From: Octopus vulgaris
Taxonomy: Eukaryota
NCBI GenBank assembly: GCA_951406725.2
Contig: OX597825.1
Location: forward strand, 16,306,001-16,370,000
Direction of reading: 5' to 3'
Length of the DNA: 64,000 nucleotides
Made by a program: the position numbers and the translations under genes. Positions 14,508-29,093 of the stretch are shown here, one piece after another. The first letter of the stretch is position 1. Each line of letters begins with the position of its first letter. The notes beneath the pieces are model-generated. The model searched no databases. It worked only from the letters and a program-made list of their open reading frames with translations, and was not told the DNA's origin.

Positions 14508-14815
14508 ATGTTTCACTAGAACACATTTTACCGCAGTAGTTGCCGTGGGGCAAACTCTGACATTGGCTTTTTGGCGCAAAATGCACTCTTGCTTATATCA
14601 CTTGCGGGGAAATGAATCCCCACTACCTCCAGCGCCTAGGCTACCAGCTCACGCGATTTCGACCTTGTTTGGTCTTGTCAATGATGGACACTCGACCGCT
14701 AGAAGCAGCAGCGATTCATCTCCCCGTCAACGATATATAAATCGACAGTGTCAGAACAGGCGCTGGTGCCTCGATTAAGTATCCCAACCAACAATGATTG
14801 TCAAGCTGTGGCGGT

Positions 14816-14940
<125 letters not shown>

Positions 14941-15539
14941 ACATACACACACACATACACACACACACACACATATCCATACATGCATACAAGACGGGCT
15001 TCAGCACAATTTCCATTGACCAAAATTCATTCACAAAGCATTGGTCGGCCCGGGCAGAAACAGTAAAAATAAATAAATAAATAAATAAAACAGGATGGTC
15101 GCGGCCGGAACATTTTCAGTAATAGGTTTGCATAATCACGGTTAAACTTACGCCAAAACGTCATCAACAAGAATAAGAACAACAACAACTACAACTACAA
15201 CAACAAGCATCCAGAACGGGCGAAAAAAAAAACGATAAGCAATTTACCAATATTTTCTTCTTCAGAATTGATCTCTTCCTCTTGCTATTCTCCGTCCTTT
15301 TGTTAATAATCTATAACAATTCACACTGAATATTGAACACCATCGACCTCATTTATCCCCCAGAGTTCAATCTTTTTGCACCTAAAAATAAAAAGAGTTT
15401 TCTTTGATCTTTCTACGAATAAAGGTTGAAAGAAAAACAAAAATACGGAAAATGGAAGACCAGGCTATCGCCATCTTGCCCATTATAAACTCTCATCACT
15501 CACTCCAGTTTCCATTAAAATTAAAACATCGCAGCCATT

Positions 15540-15947
<408 letters not shown>

Positions 15948-15989
15948 TTTTTACTTGGCTGGAGTAATTCGTGCCCCTAATAATAATGT

Positions 15990-16708
15990 ACATATAGAGC
16001 AGATATATATTAATACTCACACGTAAGACATTGTGATTCGAGACTTACGTACAGTAGTGGAAATCAGTTGTCCAGCGGGTGTCAACGTAAAACTAAAGAT
16101 TGGTTTGTAATTTTGGCATTTTGACACAAGACCATCAAGTTCGGAAAAGGGACTAAGTCGAACTCCAGTCAATGCGTAACTGGTACTTATATTTAATGAT
16201 GAAAAACAAAGTCGACCTAGGCGGAATTTGAACTGAGAACGTATAGACGAACGAAATGTCGTAAACTGTTCTGCCCGGTGACGTAACGATTCAGCCAGAT
16301 CATCTGAACCCGGAAACCATGTGGTTGGTAAGCAAGCTACATACCACACAGCCACTCCTGCGCCTATATGCAAAACTTTTGGAAATTTTTACATATTTTG
16401 ATAGTTACATTAATAATTTATATTTGTAATCATTAATTAGCTTCTCACTGGTTTTGAGAACCCTGATAGATTGATTCTCAGGCAATTTGTTACATATTCT
16501 TGTACACGAATAATTACAGGTACAAATCTGAACTTGTTATCGGGGTGGAGTTGCTGTAAATTTCTCTATAGTTCACCGCAAGTGTTTTCTTTTTCATCGA
16601 TCTTTAGTTTTACGTTGACACCCGCTGCACAACTGATTTCCACTACTGTACGTATCTCGAATCACAATGTCTTACTTGTGAGTATTAATTTATATCTGCT
16701 CTATATGT
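15990..16708. mobile_element. Foldback/MITE-like structure: ~110-bp inverted arms enclosing SINE B and SINE A fragments
   Basis: 15990-16100 is the reverse complement of 16600-16708 with a few differences. Confidence 0.75.
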
Positions 16709-16782
16709 CTCCTATCTGTCTGTCTGTGGGTATATTTCTATCCATCTATCTATCTGTATATCTGTCTACGTGCTTGTTTTTC

Positions 16783-17200
16783 TTATTTTTTTTACTACCC
16801 ACAAGGGACTACACACAGAGGGGACAAACAAGGACAGACAAACGGATTAAGTCGATTATATCGACCCCAGTGCGTAACTGGTACTTAATTTATCGACCCC
16901 GAAAGGATGAAAGGCAAAGTCGACCTCAGCGGAATTTGAACTCAGAACGTAACGACAGACGAAATACCTATTTCTTTACTACCCACAAGGGGCTACACAC
17001 AGAGGGGACAAACAAGGACAGACAAACGGATTAAGTCGATTATATCGACCCCAGTGCATAACTGGTATTTAATTTATCGACCCCGAAAGGATGAAAGGCA
17101 AAGTCGACCTCAGAGGAATTTGAACTCAGAACGTAACGGCAGACGAAATACCGCTTAGCATTTCGCCCGGCGTGCTAACGTTTCTGCCAGCTCGCCGCCT
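16783..17200 (-). mobile_element. SINE type B, head plus two bodies, 16-bp TSD
   Basis: TSD TACGTGCTTGTTTTTC at 16767-16782 and 17201-17216. Confidence 0.9.
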
Positions 17201-17967
17201 TACGTGCTTGTTTTTCCATCTTTCTCTTTGTCAATCTGTCTGTCTCTCAGCCTGTTTACCTGTCTGCCTGCCTGTCTGCTTACTCGTCTGGCGGTCTGCT
17301 CGTCTGTTTGTCTGGCCAACTCTAACTATAGGTAATTCAAACATGCTTCATTGAGTTCTGTTTACTCCCCAACTCTTCCTCCCACCGTTTCCATCACCCT
17401 TCTCTCTCATATCTCTACCATCGAACAAACTCTATAGAAATCTACTCTGAAGAGAATCGCTTAAAGTAAATCAAACTTCAGACGGACTTTATGTGGCTTA
17501 ATCAATACCAGAAATGTTTGAAAAGCAGGGAGAATTTCCGAATCTTATAGCCTTCCCCTCTTACCGCACGCATCCTCCTCTCTCAAATTCCATTTTGTTT
17601 GGCTGCCATCATTATCAAGAGTTGGCTATTTTTACGACCGACATAACATATGTCATTGCTGTTTATTGTGATGGTCGCTCAAAGTAACATAACAACTATA
17701 CTTATTTTATAACTAGCAATAAAGCCTACCGTTTGGAAAACGGATTTTTCCACTTTTTTTTTCTTTTTTCTTTTTTTTTTTTTTGTGGCGTAAAATTTTA
17801 TTTCAGAATTCTCGGGAATTTGTAAATCAATAAAATATAGGGACTTCTCATTGTCACCCATTTTTTTTTTGTTTTTATCGAGGTGAAAAAGCAATAGACT
17901 TATCTAAACAGAAAGAAAATTAAAAAAATAAACAGACCAGAGAAACGAAAAATATAATGAACAAAAA

Positions 17968-18053
<86 letters not shown>

Positions 18054-19278
18054 AGTGACGAATCGTGCAGTGAGATCTACTGGGGCTGTGAAAGTATATC
18101 TTTTCTGAGTGAAGCAGTGTAATTTGAGATAAAACTCCCCCCTTTAGGTAATCAATCACTTTCCCGCTTCTTCCTGACATACTTTCTTGACCGCCATTAC
18201 TCAAAAATTCCACGACATTGCCCTTTCTCTCTCTTCTCCCTCTGTCACTGTCTATCTACCAGTCTCTCTCTCTCTCTCTCTCTCTATCGCGTTTTCCTCT
18301 CTCTACTCCTCATTAATAGCTAGCTCATTCAATCATTCTCAACATAGCACAATCGTAGATTTTATCTCACGTCTCGCGTCCCACGCACACCTTTTCTCTT
18401 AATATCTTCCGAACAATACACTGGTGTTAAATTGTTGTCACCTACGCATATAACATACGCGCGCACATACACAAAGACACCTTCATTGGAAAGCACATAC
18501 ATACTTACACGCATATATATATATATACACATGCATACTCACATACAAGTATACATACATACATATATACACAATACATACATACATAATACATACATAG
18601 GCATATATATACGTACGTACATATATACATACACTCATATGTATATATATATTTATATTACCTGCGTACTTGCATACATACATAAGCACATATATATATA
18701 TATATATATATATGTATATCGATTCACTCATATGTATATACGTATATTACATGCATACATGCTTACCTACATATATGCATACATACACACATAGGTGAAT
18801 ACATACGCATATACATACGTTCATACATGGGTACATATATACGTACATACATACATTAGACGCATGCATGCATACGTACACACATAGGTACATATATATA
18901 TATACATACGTATTTACATGGACACATATATACGTACGTACATATATACATACACTCATATGTGTATATATATATTATCTGCATACTTGCATACAGACAT
19001 ACATGTATACGCACATACATACATACATACATACATACATACATACATACAAACAAACATACATACATACATACATACATACACACATGAACATATACGT
19101 ACATATAGACATATGTATCTAGAACCTTCACATATGCATACATACAGACACAGGCATACACTCACACACACATATGCATACTATATGCATACACAAACAT
19201 ATACATACGCGGATACATACACATATACACAAAAGCATAAAAGACATAGATACGCGCATAGGTACGCATATACATATA

Positions 19279-19530
19279 CAGTAATCCTTCGCCATATCGC
19301 GGTTCACCTATCGCGGTTCACTTTTCGCGATTCACTTATCGCGGTTCACTTATCGCGGTTTATTATTTAAGCTTACGTCGATTCCCGTGTGGTGTTGTTT
19401 TGCATTTATAACAAAATATATACAAATTATGAAAAAATAAAAAAAATATATAGTACTGTTTCTACTTCGCGGTTTTTCACCTATCGCGTGGGTTTTGGAA
19501 CGTAATACCGCGATAGCCGAGGGATTACTG
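19279..19530 (-). mobile_element. Tigger/pogo-like MITE with TA TSD and an internal 15-bp tandem repeat
   Basis: TA|CAGTAATCCTTCG...CGAGGGATTACTG|TA, with TATCGCGGTTCAC-type unit about 5 times. Confidence 0.85.
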
Positions 19531-20880
19531 TATAGGCATTAGTAGATATAAGCACTCATATTACATATGGATACAGCATATTTATACACATATACATGCA
19601 TACATACATACATACATACATATATACGCATATACATATGTTCATACATAGGCACATATATATACGTACATACATACATTCATATGTATATACATACATT
19701 AGACGCATACATGCATACGTACACACATAGGTACATATATATACATACGTACTTACATAGACACATATATACGTACGTACATATATACATACACTCATAT
19801 CTGTATATATATATTATCTGCATACTTGCATACAGACATACATGTATACGCACATACATACATACATACATACATACATACATACACACATGAACATATA
19901 CGTACATATAGACATAGTATCTAGAACCTTCACATATGCATACATACAGACACAGGCATACACTCACACACACATATGCATACTATATGCATACACAAAC
20001 ATATACATACGCGGATACATACATACATACATACATACATACATACATACATACATACATACATACATACATACATACATACATACATACATACATACAT
20101 ACATACATACATACATACATACATACATACATACATACATACAGACAGACAGACAGACAGACAGAGAGACAGACATGCATGGATACATACATGTATGCAT
20201 ACATACATGCATACATACACGCATGCATACATTTATACACGCTTTTAGATCTCGAAAAATCCTATATCTAAAGTGAGAAAATCACACGTCCACATATGTT
20301 AGAAGAAGAATAGTTTCTGAGATTGGTAAGAGGAAATTTCCTTCAAATCTGAGATTTGGGTTGAATATATGTAGCAATTGAAAAGACAAAAAATATCCGC
20401 GAATCAACTAGCCTCAAACCGGAGTAATTTCCTGAGGTGTTAAAAAGATTCAAGTCCACCACATCAGAATAAGATTTCTTTCTTTTTTGCCAGGAGTGAA
20501 GTGGAATGTCCATGATCCTTTCACAGGGTCTTCGAGCTTGAAGAGAGGGTTTTACTCAAATCAGGGATTTGCTGAAAGCATGTTACAGTATCCTGTTACA
20601 GTATACAAAACCACCAGAGAATCAAGTAGAGGTGATAAAAAAATTAAAGCCCACAACATCTAAATAGGAATTCTTTCTTTTTGTCAGGAGGAAGTTGAAT
20701 GTCCATGATCCTTTTACAGAGTCTTCGGAATTGAAGAGAAGTTTTCCTAATGATTGCAACAGAGTGGACTCCGCTAAAAACCACTTCCGGTAGCTAGGTC
20801 GTGGTGCTAAATCGGGTGACAGGTTATGTCTACCATCATAAGGCGGCGAGCTGGCAGAAACATTAGCACGCCGGGCGAAA

Positions 20881-21940
20881 AATTTAAAAAAAATTTTGGG
20901 GGAAAATTTTCAAAAAATTTTCGAAAAATTTTTGGAAAATTTTTGGGAAAAATTTTCAAAAACCCTTTTTAGATATTTTTGTTAAAATTTAAAAAAATTT
21001 TTGAGGAAAATTTCCTTAAAAAATTTCTTAAAAAAAGATTGCCGGAGATTGCCGGAAATTGTCGGAGATTGCCGGAAATTACCGGAATATGCCGGAGATT
21101 GCCGGAAATTGTGGGAGATTGGCGGAAATTCCCGGACATTGCCGAAGATTCCCGAAAATTCCCGGAATTGCCGGAAATTAGTGGAAATTGCCGGATATTG
21201 CCGGAAATTACCGGAATTCACCGGCTATTGCCAGAAACTGCCGGAGATTGCCGTAAATTGCCTGACATCGCCGTAAATTGCCGTAAATTGTCGAGATTGC
21301 CGGAAATTCCCGGAGATTACCGGAAATTGCCGGAGATTCCCGGAAATTGCCGGAGTTCACCAGAAACTACCGGAAATTTCCGGAGATTACTGGAAATTGC
21401 CGGAGATTGCCGGAAATTACCGGACATTGCCGAATTGCCGGAAATCGTCGGAAATTGGTGGAAATTGCCGGACATTGCCGAAAATTCCCGGAAATTCACG
21501 GAGATTGCCGGAAATTGTCGGAGATTAGCGGAAATTGCCGGACATTGCCGGAGATTACCGGAAATTCCCGGATTACCAGAAATTGCCGGAGATCACCAGA
21601 AATTATCGGAAATTACCGGAGATAACCGAGATCACCGGAAATTACCGGAGATCACCGGAAATTACCGAAAATTGTCGGAGATTGCCGGAAATTGCCGAAG
21701 ATTACCTGAAATTGCCGGAAATTGTCGGAAATAGCCGGAGATTACCGGAGTTGGCCGGAGATATCCGGAGTTTACCGGAGATACTAGGAGTTTTCAAAAA
21801 TTTTTTCAGAAATTTTTCAAAAATTATTTGTAAAAATTTTCAAAAATTTTTGAGGAAAATTTTCAAAAAATTCTTGGGGAAAATTTTTTTAAATATTTCA
21901 AAAACTTTTAGAAAAAATTTCTGAAAATTTTCCTCAAAAA
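20881..21940. repeat. 10-bp satellite (ATTGCCGGA[A/G]) at ~21037-21790, flanked by phased AAAA/TTTT tracts
   Basis: About 75 units by length. Flanks 20881-21036 and 21790-21940 are built from GAAAATTTT/CAAAAATTTT-type units. Confidence 0.9.
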
Positions 21941-21964
21941 GGCTTCCTCATATTTTCTGCTTTA

Positions 21965-22430
21965 TCTTTTCTTTTATCTTTTACTTGTCTCATGCATTGG
22001 ATCGCAGCCACTCTAGTGCATAACTGGTACTTATTTAATCGACTCCCGAAAGGATGAAAGGCAAAGTCGACCTCGGCGGTATTTGAACTCAGAACATAGC
22101 TGTAATCTTGTACGTATTCAGCCACTCTCTTTTGTTCAACCCACTAAGTTACATGGACGTAAACAAACAAATGCCGGTAGTTCAACGATGAAAGGATAAG
22201 AAACACCACACACACATACGTACATTACAACACACACACATATACATATATACACACACACTTACGCCTACGACAAGCTTCCACACAGTTTTCGTCTCCG
22301 AAATTCACTGACAAGACGTTAGTCGGCTTGGGGCTACATTAGAAGACACTTGCCCAAGGTACCATCTTGTGGAACTAACCCGAAATCACGCGGTTGCAAA
22401 GCGAGTTTCTTAACCACACAGCCATACCTA
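21965..22430 (-). mobile_element. Degenerate SINE A interrupted by a SINE B body fragment (22015-22100, minus)
   Basis: Type A tail and head motifs lie either side of the fragment; CAGCCACTCT is repeated at 22005 and 22119. Confidence 0.65.
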
Positions 22431-22540
22431 AATCACTTTCCATCATTACTTCCCTCTTTCTCTCAGTTTTTCTCACTCTCTCTTTCATTCTTTTAAGGAA
22501 GAGGTTAGCGTAAGAGGCTATGCGATATGTTGTTCTTGTT

Positions 22541-22855
22541 AAGGCGGTGAGCTGGCAGAAATGTTAGCACGCCGCGCGAAATGCTTAGCGGTATTTCGTC
22601 TGCCGCTATGTTCTGAGTTCAAATTCTGCCTAGGTCGACTTTGCCTTTCATCCTTTCGGGAGTCGATTAAATAAGTACCAGTTACGCACTGGGGTCGATA
22701 TAATCGACTTAATCCGTTTGACTGTCCTTGTTTGTCCTCTCTGTGTTTAGCTCCTTGTGGGTAGTAAAGAAATATGCATTTCGTCTGCCGCTACGCTTTG
22801 AGTTCAAATTCCGCCGAGGTTGATTTGGCCTTTCATCCTTTGTTTAGCCCCTTGT
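22541..22855 (+). mobile_element. SINE type B, head plus one full and one deleted body
   Basis: Matches the type B sequence. Confidence 0.85.
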
Positions 22856-22954
22856 GATGTGTCGTTCTTGTATAGAATAACATGCATTGCAAATCAAAGT
22901 ACTTTACCGTCTTACTATTTCTAGGATTTTAAACCTTACATATAAATGTTTAGT

Positions 22955-23296
22955 GGTGGTGCAATAGCCCGGTGGTTAGGGCAGCGGACTCGTGTTCACA
23001 ATTCGCGCGTTGCGAGTGTTTATTGAGCAAAAACACCTAAAGCTCCACGAGGCTATAACAGGGGGTTAGTGGTGAACCCTGCTGTACTCTTTCAACACAA
23101 CTTTTACTTCCTGTTTCTGTTGTACCTGTATTTCAAAGGGCCAGCATTGTCACGCTCTGTGTCACGCTGAATCTCCCTGAGAACTACATTAAGGGGTCAC
23201 GTATCAGTGTGGTGCTCAGCCACTTAATTTCACGAGTAGGATGTTCCGTTGATCAGATTAATTGGTACCCTCGTCACCGTTATCGACGGAGTGCCA
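22955..23296 (+). mobile_element. SINE type C (tRNA-Arg-like head; possibly the octopus OR1/OR2 group)
   Basis: Head GGTTAGGGCAGCGGACTCG and tail CGACGGAGTGCC are shared with 56293-56672. The family name is from memory and unverified. Confidence 0.8.
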
Positions 23297-23333
23297 CGAC
23301 GATAAATGTTTAAGACTAATTGTTGCTTCGGAT

Positions 23334-23334
23334 T

Positions 23335-23384
<50 letters not shown>

Positions 23385-23395
23385 TTCTTTCCCTC

Positions 23396-23449
<54 letters not shown>

Positions 23450-23845
23450 ATCTCTCTTTCTTTCTTTCTTTCTTTCTTTCTGTATTTCTTCCTTCCTCCT
23501 TTCCTTTCTTCCTTCCTTTCTTTTTTTGTTTGTTTTTTTCTTTCTTCCTTCCTTCCTTCATTCCTTCCTTTTTTCTTCCTTTCTTTCTTTCTTCCTTCCT
23601 TTCTTTCTTCCTTTCTTTCAATTCTTTCTTCCTTTCTTTCTTTCTTCTTTCCTTTCTTTCTTTTTTCTTTCCTTCCTTCCTTCCTTCCTTCCTTCCCTTC
23701 CTTCCTTCCTTCCTTCCTTCCTTCCTTCCTTCCTTCCTTCCTTCCTACTTTCCTTCCTTCCTTCCTTCCTTCCTTCCTTCCTTCCTTCCTTCCTTCCTTC
23801 CTTCCTTCCTTCCTTCCTTCCTTCCTTCCTTCCTTCCTTCCTTTC
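23334..23845. repeat. (TTTC)n/(TTCC)n polypyrimidine microsatellite
   Basis: Read directly. Confidence 0.95.
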
Positions 23846-24224
23846 TTATGCATTTATGCATGTTTAAAAATGATTTCACGATGAGGTGGCTTAGAGATTC
23901 TGTGATAGGTGATAAGAGCAAAGGCCGGTGGCTCTTTTTGATTAAACGCAAAGAATTTCATACGTAAGCTCCTTCATAATAAGGGCAATTTTCGGAAGAT
24001 CGAACTGCTGCTTTTAGGAGATCGAACTGCTGCTTTTAGGAGATCGAACGAATGCTTTTCTAGATGGCTGAGATTCGTTCAGGTTAGAGTGCATGGATTC
24101 TGTTGATTAAATCGACTGTTCTACATTACAGGGACTTATTTGGTCAACTCAAGAGAGAAGTGTTAAGTCGACTTCACACGAAACTAAAATGTGATACTTT
24201 TACTCCGGCGTTGTCTAGATATCT

Positions 24225-25605
<1,381 letters not shown>

Positions 25606-26256
25606 ATTATCATCTGATAAAAGCTGTGGTGGTGGTGGTGATGGTGGTGGTGGTGAGGGGGCTTTACCAACCAGAATCTCAAATACGACACCTTCGACAT
25701 GATAACATTATAACATCTACATCTTTTTACTCATTTTTTTCTTCTTTTTACAAGTCAAATGTTAAAGATTAAAAAACAAAAAAACAAAAAACAAAAACAA
25801 AAAAACAAAAACAAAACAAAAACAAAAACAAAAAAAAATACTAATTACAAACGAAACAACAAGTGCGTAATTAATGAATAAAATACTGGTGTACTAATGA
25901 ATAACTTAAAGTTGTCAAGACTGATATAGAACTAAAACAGCTATAGACATGTTTTTGTGCTTTTTAATACAAAATCAAAAACGAAACAAAACGAGAATGA
26001 ACGATTTTCTAGATTTTCAGATAAGGCGACTTGATTTTCGCAGATAAAATCTAGATATGTGTTGTACGTTTGCTTGTAATTAGTTACTTGTAATAAGTTA
26101 CGAGCGCAGGCTTGGCTCTTTGGTTAAGATGCTCACTTCACAAACAGTCTTATTCGGGGTTCTTTTCCCCCCTGCGCGGTACGTTGAGGGCCGGGCCAAT
26201 GCTTTCTACCACAACATCGGAGTAACCAAAGCTTGGTATATTTTAACGTTATATAT

Positions 26257-26940
26257 ATTGGGTTGTCCGGAAAGTTCGTGCCGATTTTTAACGTTATTGG
26301 GTTGTCCGGAAAGTTCGTGCCGATTTTTAACGCTGTATATATTGGGTTGTCCGGAAAGTTCGTGCCGATTTTTAACGTTATTGGGTTGTCCGGAAAGTTC
26401 GTGCCGATTTTTAATGTTATATATATATTGGGTTGTCCGGAAAGTTCGTGCCGATTTTTAAAGGAAAGAAAAAGGTCAATAAATACTTGCCGTTACATTT
26501 TTAATCAACCAAATATAAACCATTTTGTTGCACAATGCCTCTTCATCTTTTCTTTAACTTGAAAATACCCTCTTCCCAGAACTGAGGTGGTTTCATGGCA
26601 AAGAATTCATCAAGGTATCTTTTTACGTCGTCCAAGGAATTGAAATTTTTACCATTAAGACTATTCTGCAGAGCCTGAATAAGTGGAAATCCGAAGGAGC
26701 AATATCTGGTGAATATGGAGGGTGGGGTAACACACCCCAGTAATTTTTGTCTGGTTCCCAAAGCATCAAGTGCCGAAAATGAACTTTCTTATCTTCCATT
26801 TTAAAGGGTTACAGAATAACACAGGTTATAGGAATATAAAGCTTCTTCCACGAAAAGATAGCTTAAACTATGTTCTAAATGGAGGTGTAGTCAAATCCTA
26901 TTTTCTGACCTCAACCATGTTCTAAAATAAGTCGAAATGT
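26257..26940 (-). mobile_element. Internally deleted mariner transposon with five tandem copies of its 3' TIR
   Basis: On the minus strand, ATG at 26799 gives MEDKKVHFRHLMLW, fused to the C-terminus HPPYSPDIAPSDFHLF/ALQNSLNGKNFNSLDDVKRYLDEFF...LYLVD* (stop at 26501). TIR TTGGGTTGTCCGGAAAGTTCGTGCCGATTTT occurs five times. Confidence 0.9.
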
Positions 26941-26954
26941 AAACTACTATAATC

Positions 26955-27338
26955 CAGGTTCCAGGTTCAGTCCCACTGCGTGACACTTTGGGCAAGTGTC
27001 TTCTACTGTAGCCTCGGGCCGACCAAAACCTTGTGAGTGGATTTGGTAGACGGAAACTGAAAGAAGCCCGTCGTATATATGTACATATATATATATATAT
27101 ATACATGTATATATGTGTGCGTGTACGTTTCTGTGTCTGTGTTTCTCCCCCTAGCATTGCTTGACAACCGATGCTGGTGTGTTTATGTCCCCGTCACTTA
27201 GCGGTTCAGTAAAAGAGACCGATAGAATAAGTACTGGGCTTACAAAGAATAAGTCCCGGGTTCGAGTTGCTCGATTAAAGGCGGTGCTCCAGCATGGCCG
27301 CAGTCAAATGACTGAAACAAGTAAAAGAGTAAAGAGAG
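26955..27338 (+). mobile_element. SINE type A, 5' truncated
   Basis: Matches type A from the B box to the tail. Confidence 0.9.
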
Positions 27339-27616
27339 ACCGATTTTCTTTCTTTTTTTTTTCTATAAAGGAGTATCGACCGAGCACTGAGCTTCGGTTA
27401 ATTTCGAAACCTTATGCCAACTAGATCAACCTACCAGGGTTTTACTACCATTCGTCAGAGCAGCTGCGAGCTGGAAGAAGCCTCTTGGCAGGCCCCCGCA
27501 ACCAGATTGGTTGGACGTGATAGGGAAAGATCTCCAGACGAGTACCCCCGCCCCCCCATCTCTTTCATTATTCTCACTGCCTCAACTACTGCGGCCATGA
27601 TGTCGATGACGTCGAC

Positions 27617-28128
27617 TACCGCCGCTGCCACCACCACCACCACCACCACCACCACCACCACCACCACCACCACCACCACTACTACCACCACCACCACCAC
27701 CACCACCACTACCACTACCACCACCACCACCACCACCACCACTAGCACTACCACCACCACCACCACCACCACTAGCACTACCACCACCACCACCACCACT
27801 ACACACCACCACCACCACCACCATCACCACTAGCACTACCACCACCACCACCACCACCACCACTACTAGCACTACCACCACCACCACCACCACTAGCACT
27901 ACCACCACCACTACCACCACCACCACTAGCACTACCATCACTAGCACTACCACCACCACAAGCACTACCACCACCACCACCACCACCACCACTACCAGCA
28001 CTACCACCACCACCACTACTACCACCACCACCACCACCACCACCACCACCACCATCACCACCACCACCACCACTAGCACTACCACTAACAGCAGTAGAGG
28101 CAGTACCACCCTTACCAGCACCAGCACC
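27617..28128. repeat. (ACC)n trinucleotide repeat with ACTAGC interruptions
   Basis: Read directly. Confidence 0.95.
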
Positions 28129-28214
28129 AAAAACGAATGAAATCAATAAAGCTCGTGATCAATTGATGGATATTTGTATATTATCGATTTTTTTTTGACA
28201 TAAGCACACCGCCT

Positions 28215-28790
28215 CGAATTTTGAGGGAAAGGAGCTATCGATTATATCTATCACAGTACTTGACCGGTAATTTATTTTATTGCCTGAAAGGGAAAGTTGG
28301 GTCTCACGCGATTTGAACTCAGAACATAAGGAGCCGAAACAAATGCAACAAAGCATTTTGTTCGACACTACAACGATGCTGTCAAATCGACCGCCTTTAT
28401 CTTTTAAGTATTTTTGTTTCATTCACGAGACTGTGGTCATGCTGGGCAACGCCTTGAAAAATTTTAGTCGAAAGAATCAACCCCGGTATTTAGTATCTTT
28501 TAAAGCCTGGTACATATTCCATTGGTCTCTTTTGTCGAACCGAACCGCTAAGTTACGGGGATGTAAGCACACTAACATCGGTTGCCAAGTGGTGGTGGTG
28601 GACAAGTACAAATACAAACACAAACACACACACACAATTAAATTATACGGCGGGCTTCATTTCAGTTTCCGCCTACCATATCCTCTCGCAAAGCTTTGAT
28701 CGGCCCGAGGCTATAGCAGAAGTTACTTGCTCAAAGTGCCATGCAGTGGGACTGAACCTGGAACCATGTGGCTGCGAACAAAGTTTCTTT
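28215..28790 (-). mobile_element. Adjacent degenerate SINE B-related (28215-28400) and SINE A (28405-28790) copies
   Basis: Diverged matches to both sequences. Confidence 0.7.
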
Positions 28791-29093
28791 ATTTCATGGA
28801 AATTGGCCGTAAAGGCTTTACATAGCGGGGACAGTAAAAGGTGGGGCCAAAAAAAAAAAAAAAGACAAAACGAATGGAATTAATGAAATTGTACAAAGAT
28901 GAAATAAAGCCGCTCGGCCCCACCTCCGAGCGACTTGATTGGACCCTTTGTAACGCCATTTACATTAACCTTTTGCAACAATTAATTTATACAACACTTT
29001 AAAAAAATTTTTTAATTACATTAATTTAAGATACCGATAATCCTGCCTTTATAACAGCTAGTTTTTGTTTTAGACAATGTCTATCTTATATTT

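Noticed and set aside
20979-21734. 251-aa ORF with LPEIAGNCR repeats resembling a leucine-rich repeat
   Set aside because: It is the product of a 10-bp satellite; several frames on both strands are open and indels shift the phase.
26257-26460. CRISPR-like array of ~31-bp identical repeats
   Set aside because: Spacers are only about 7-16 bp and repetitive, the repeat is a mariner TIR, and there are no cas genes in this eukaryotic context.
27495-27560. CCAAT plus GC-box promoter-like motifs (also 41825-41930)
   Set aside because: These short motifs are expected by chance and no downstream exon was identified.
27414-28146. Poly-Thr/His/Gly ORFs resembling mucin or glycine-rich proteins
   Set aside because: They derive from an (ACC)n microsatellite with no synonymous pattern or splice context.
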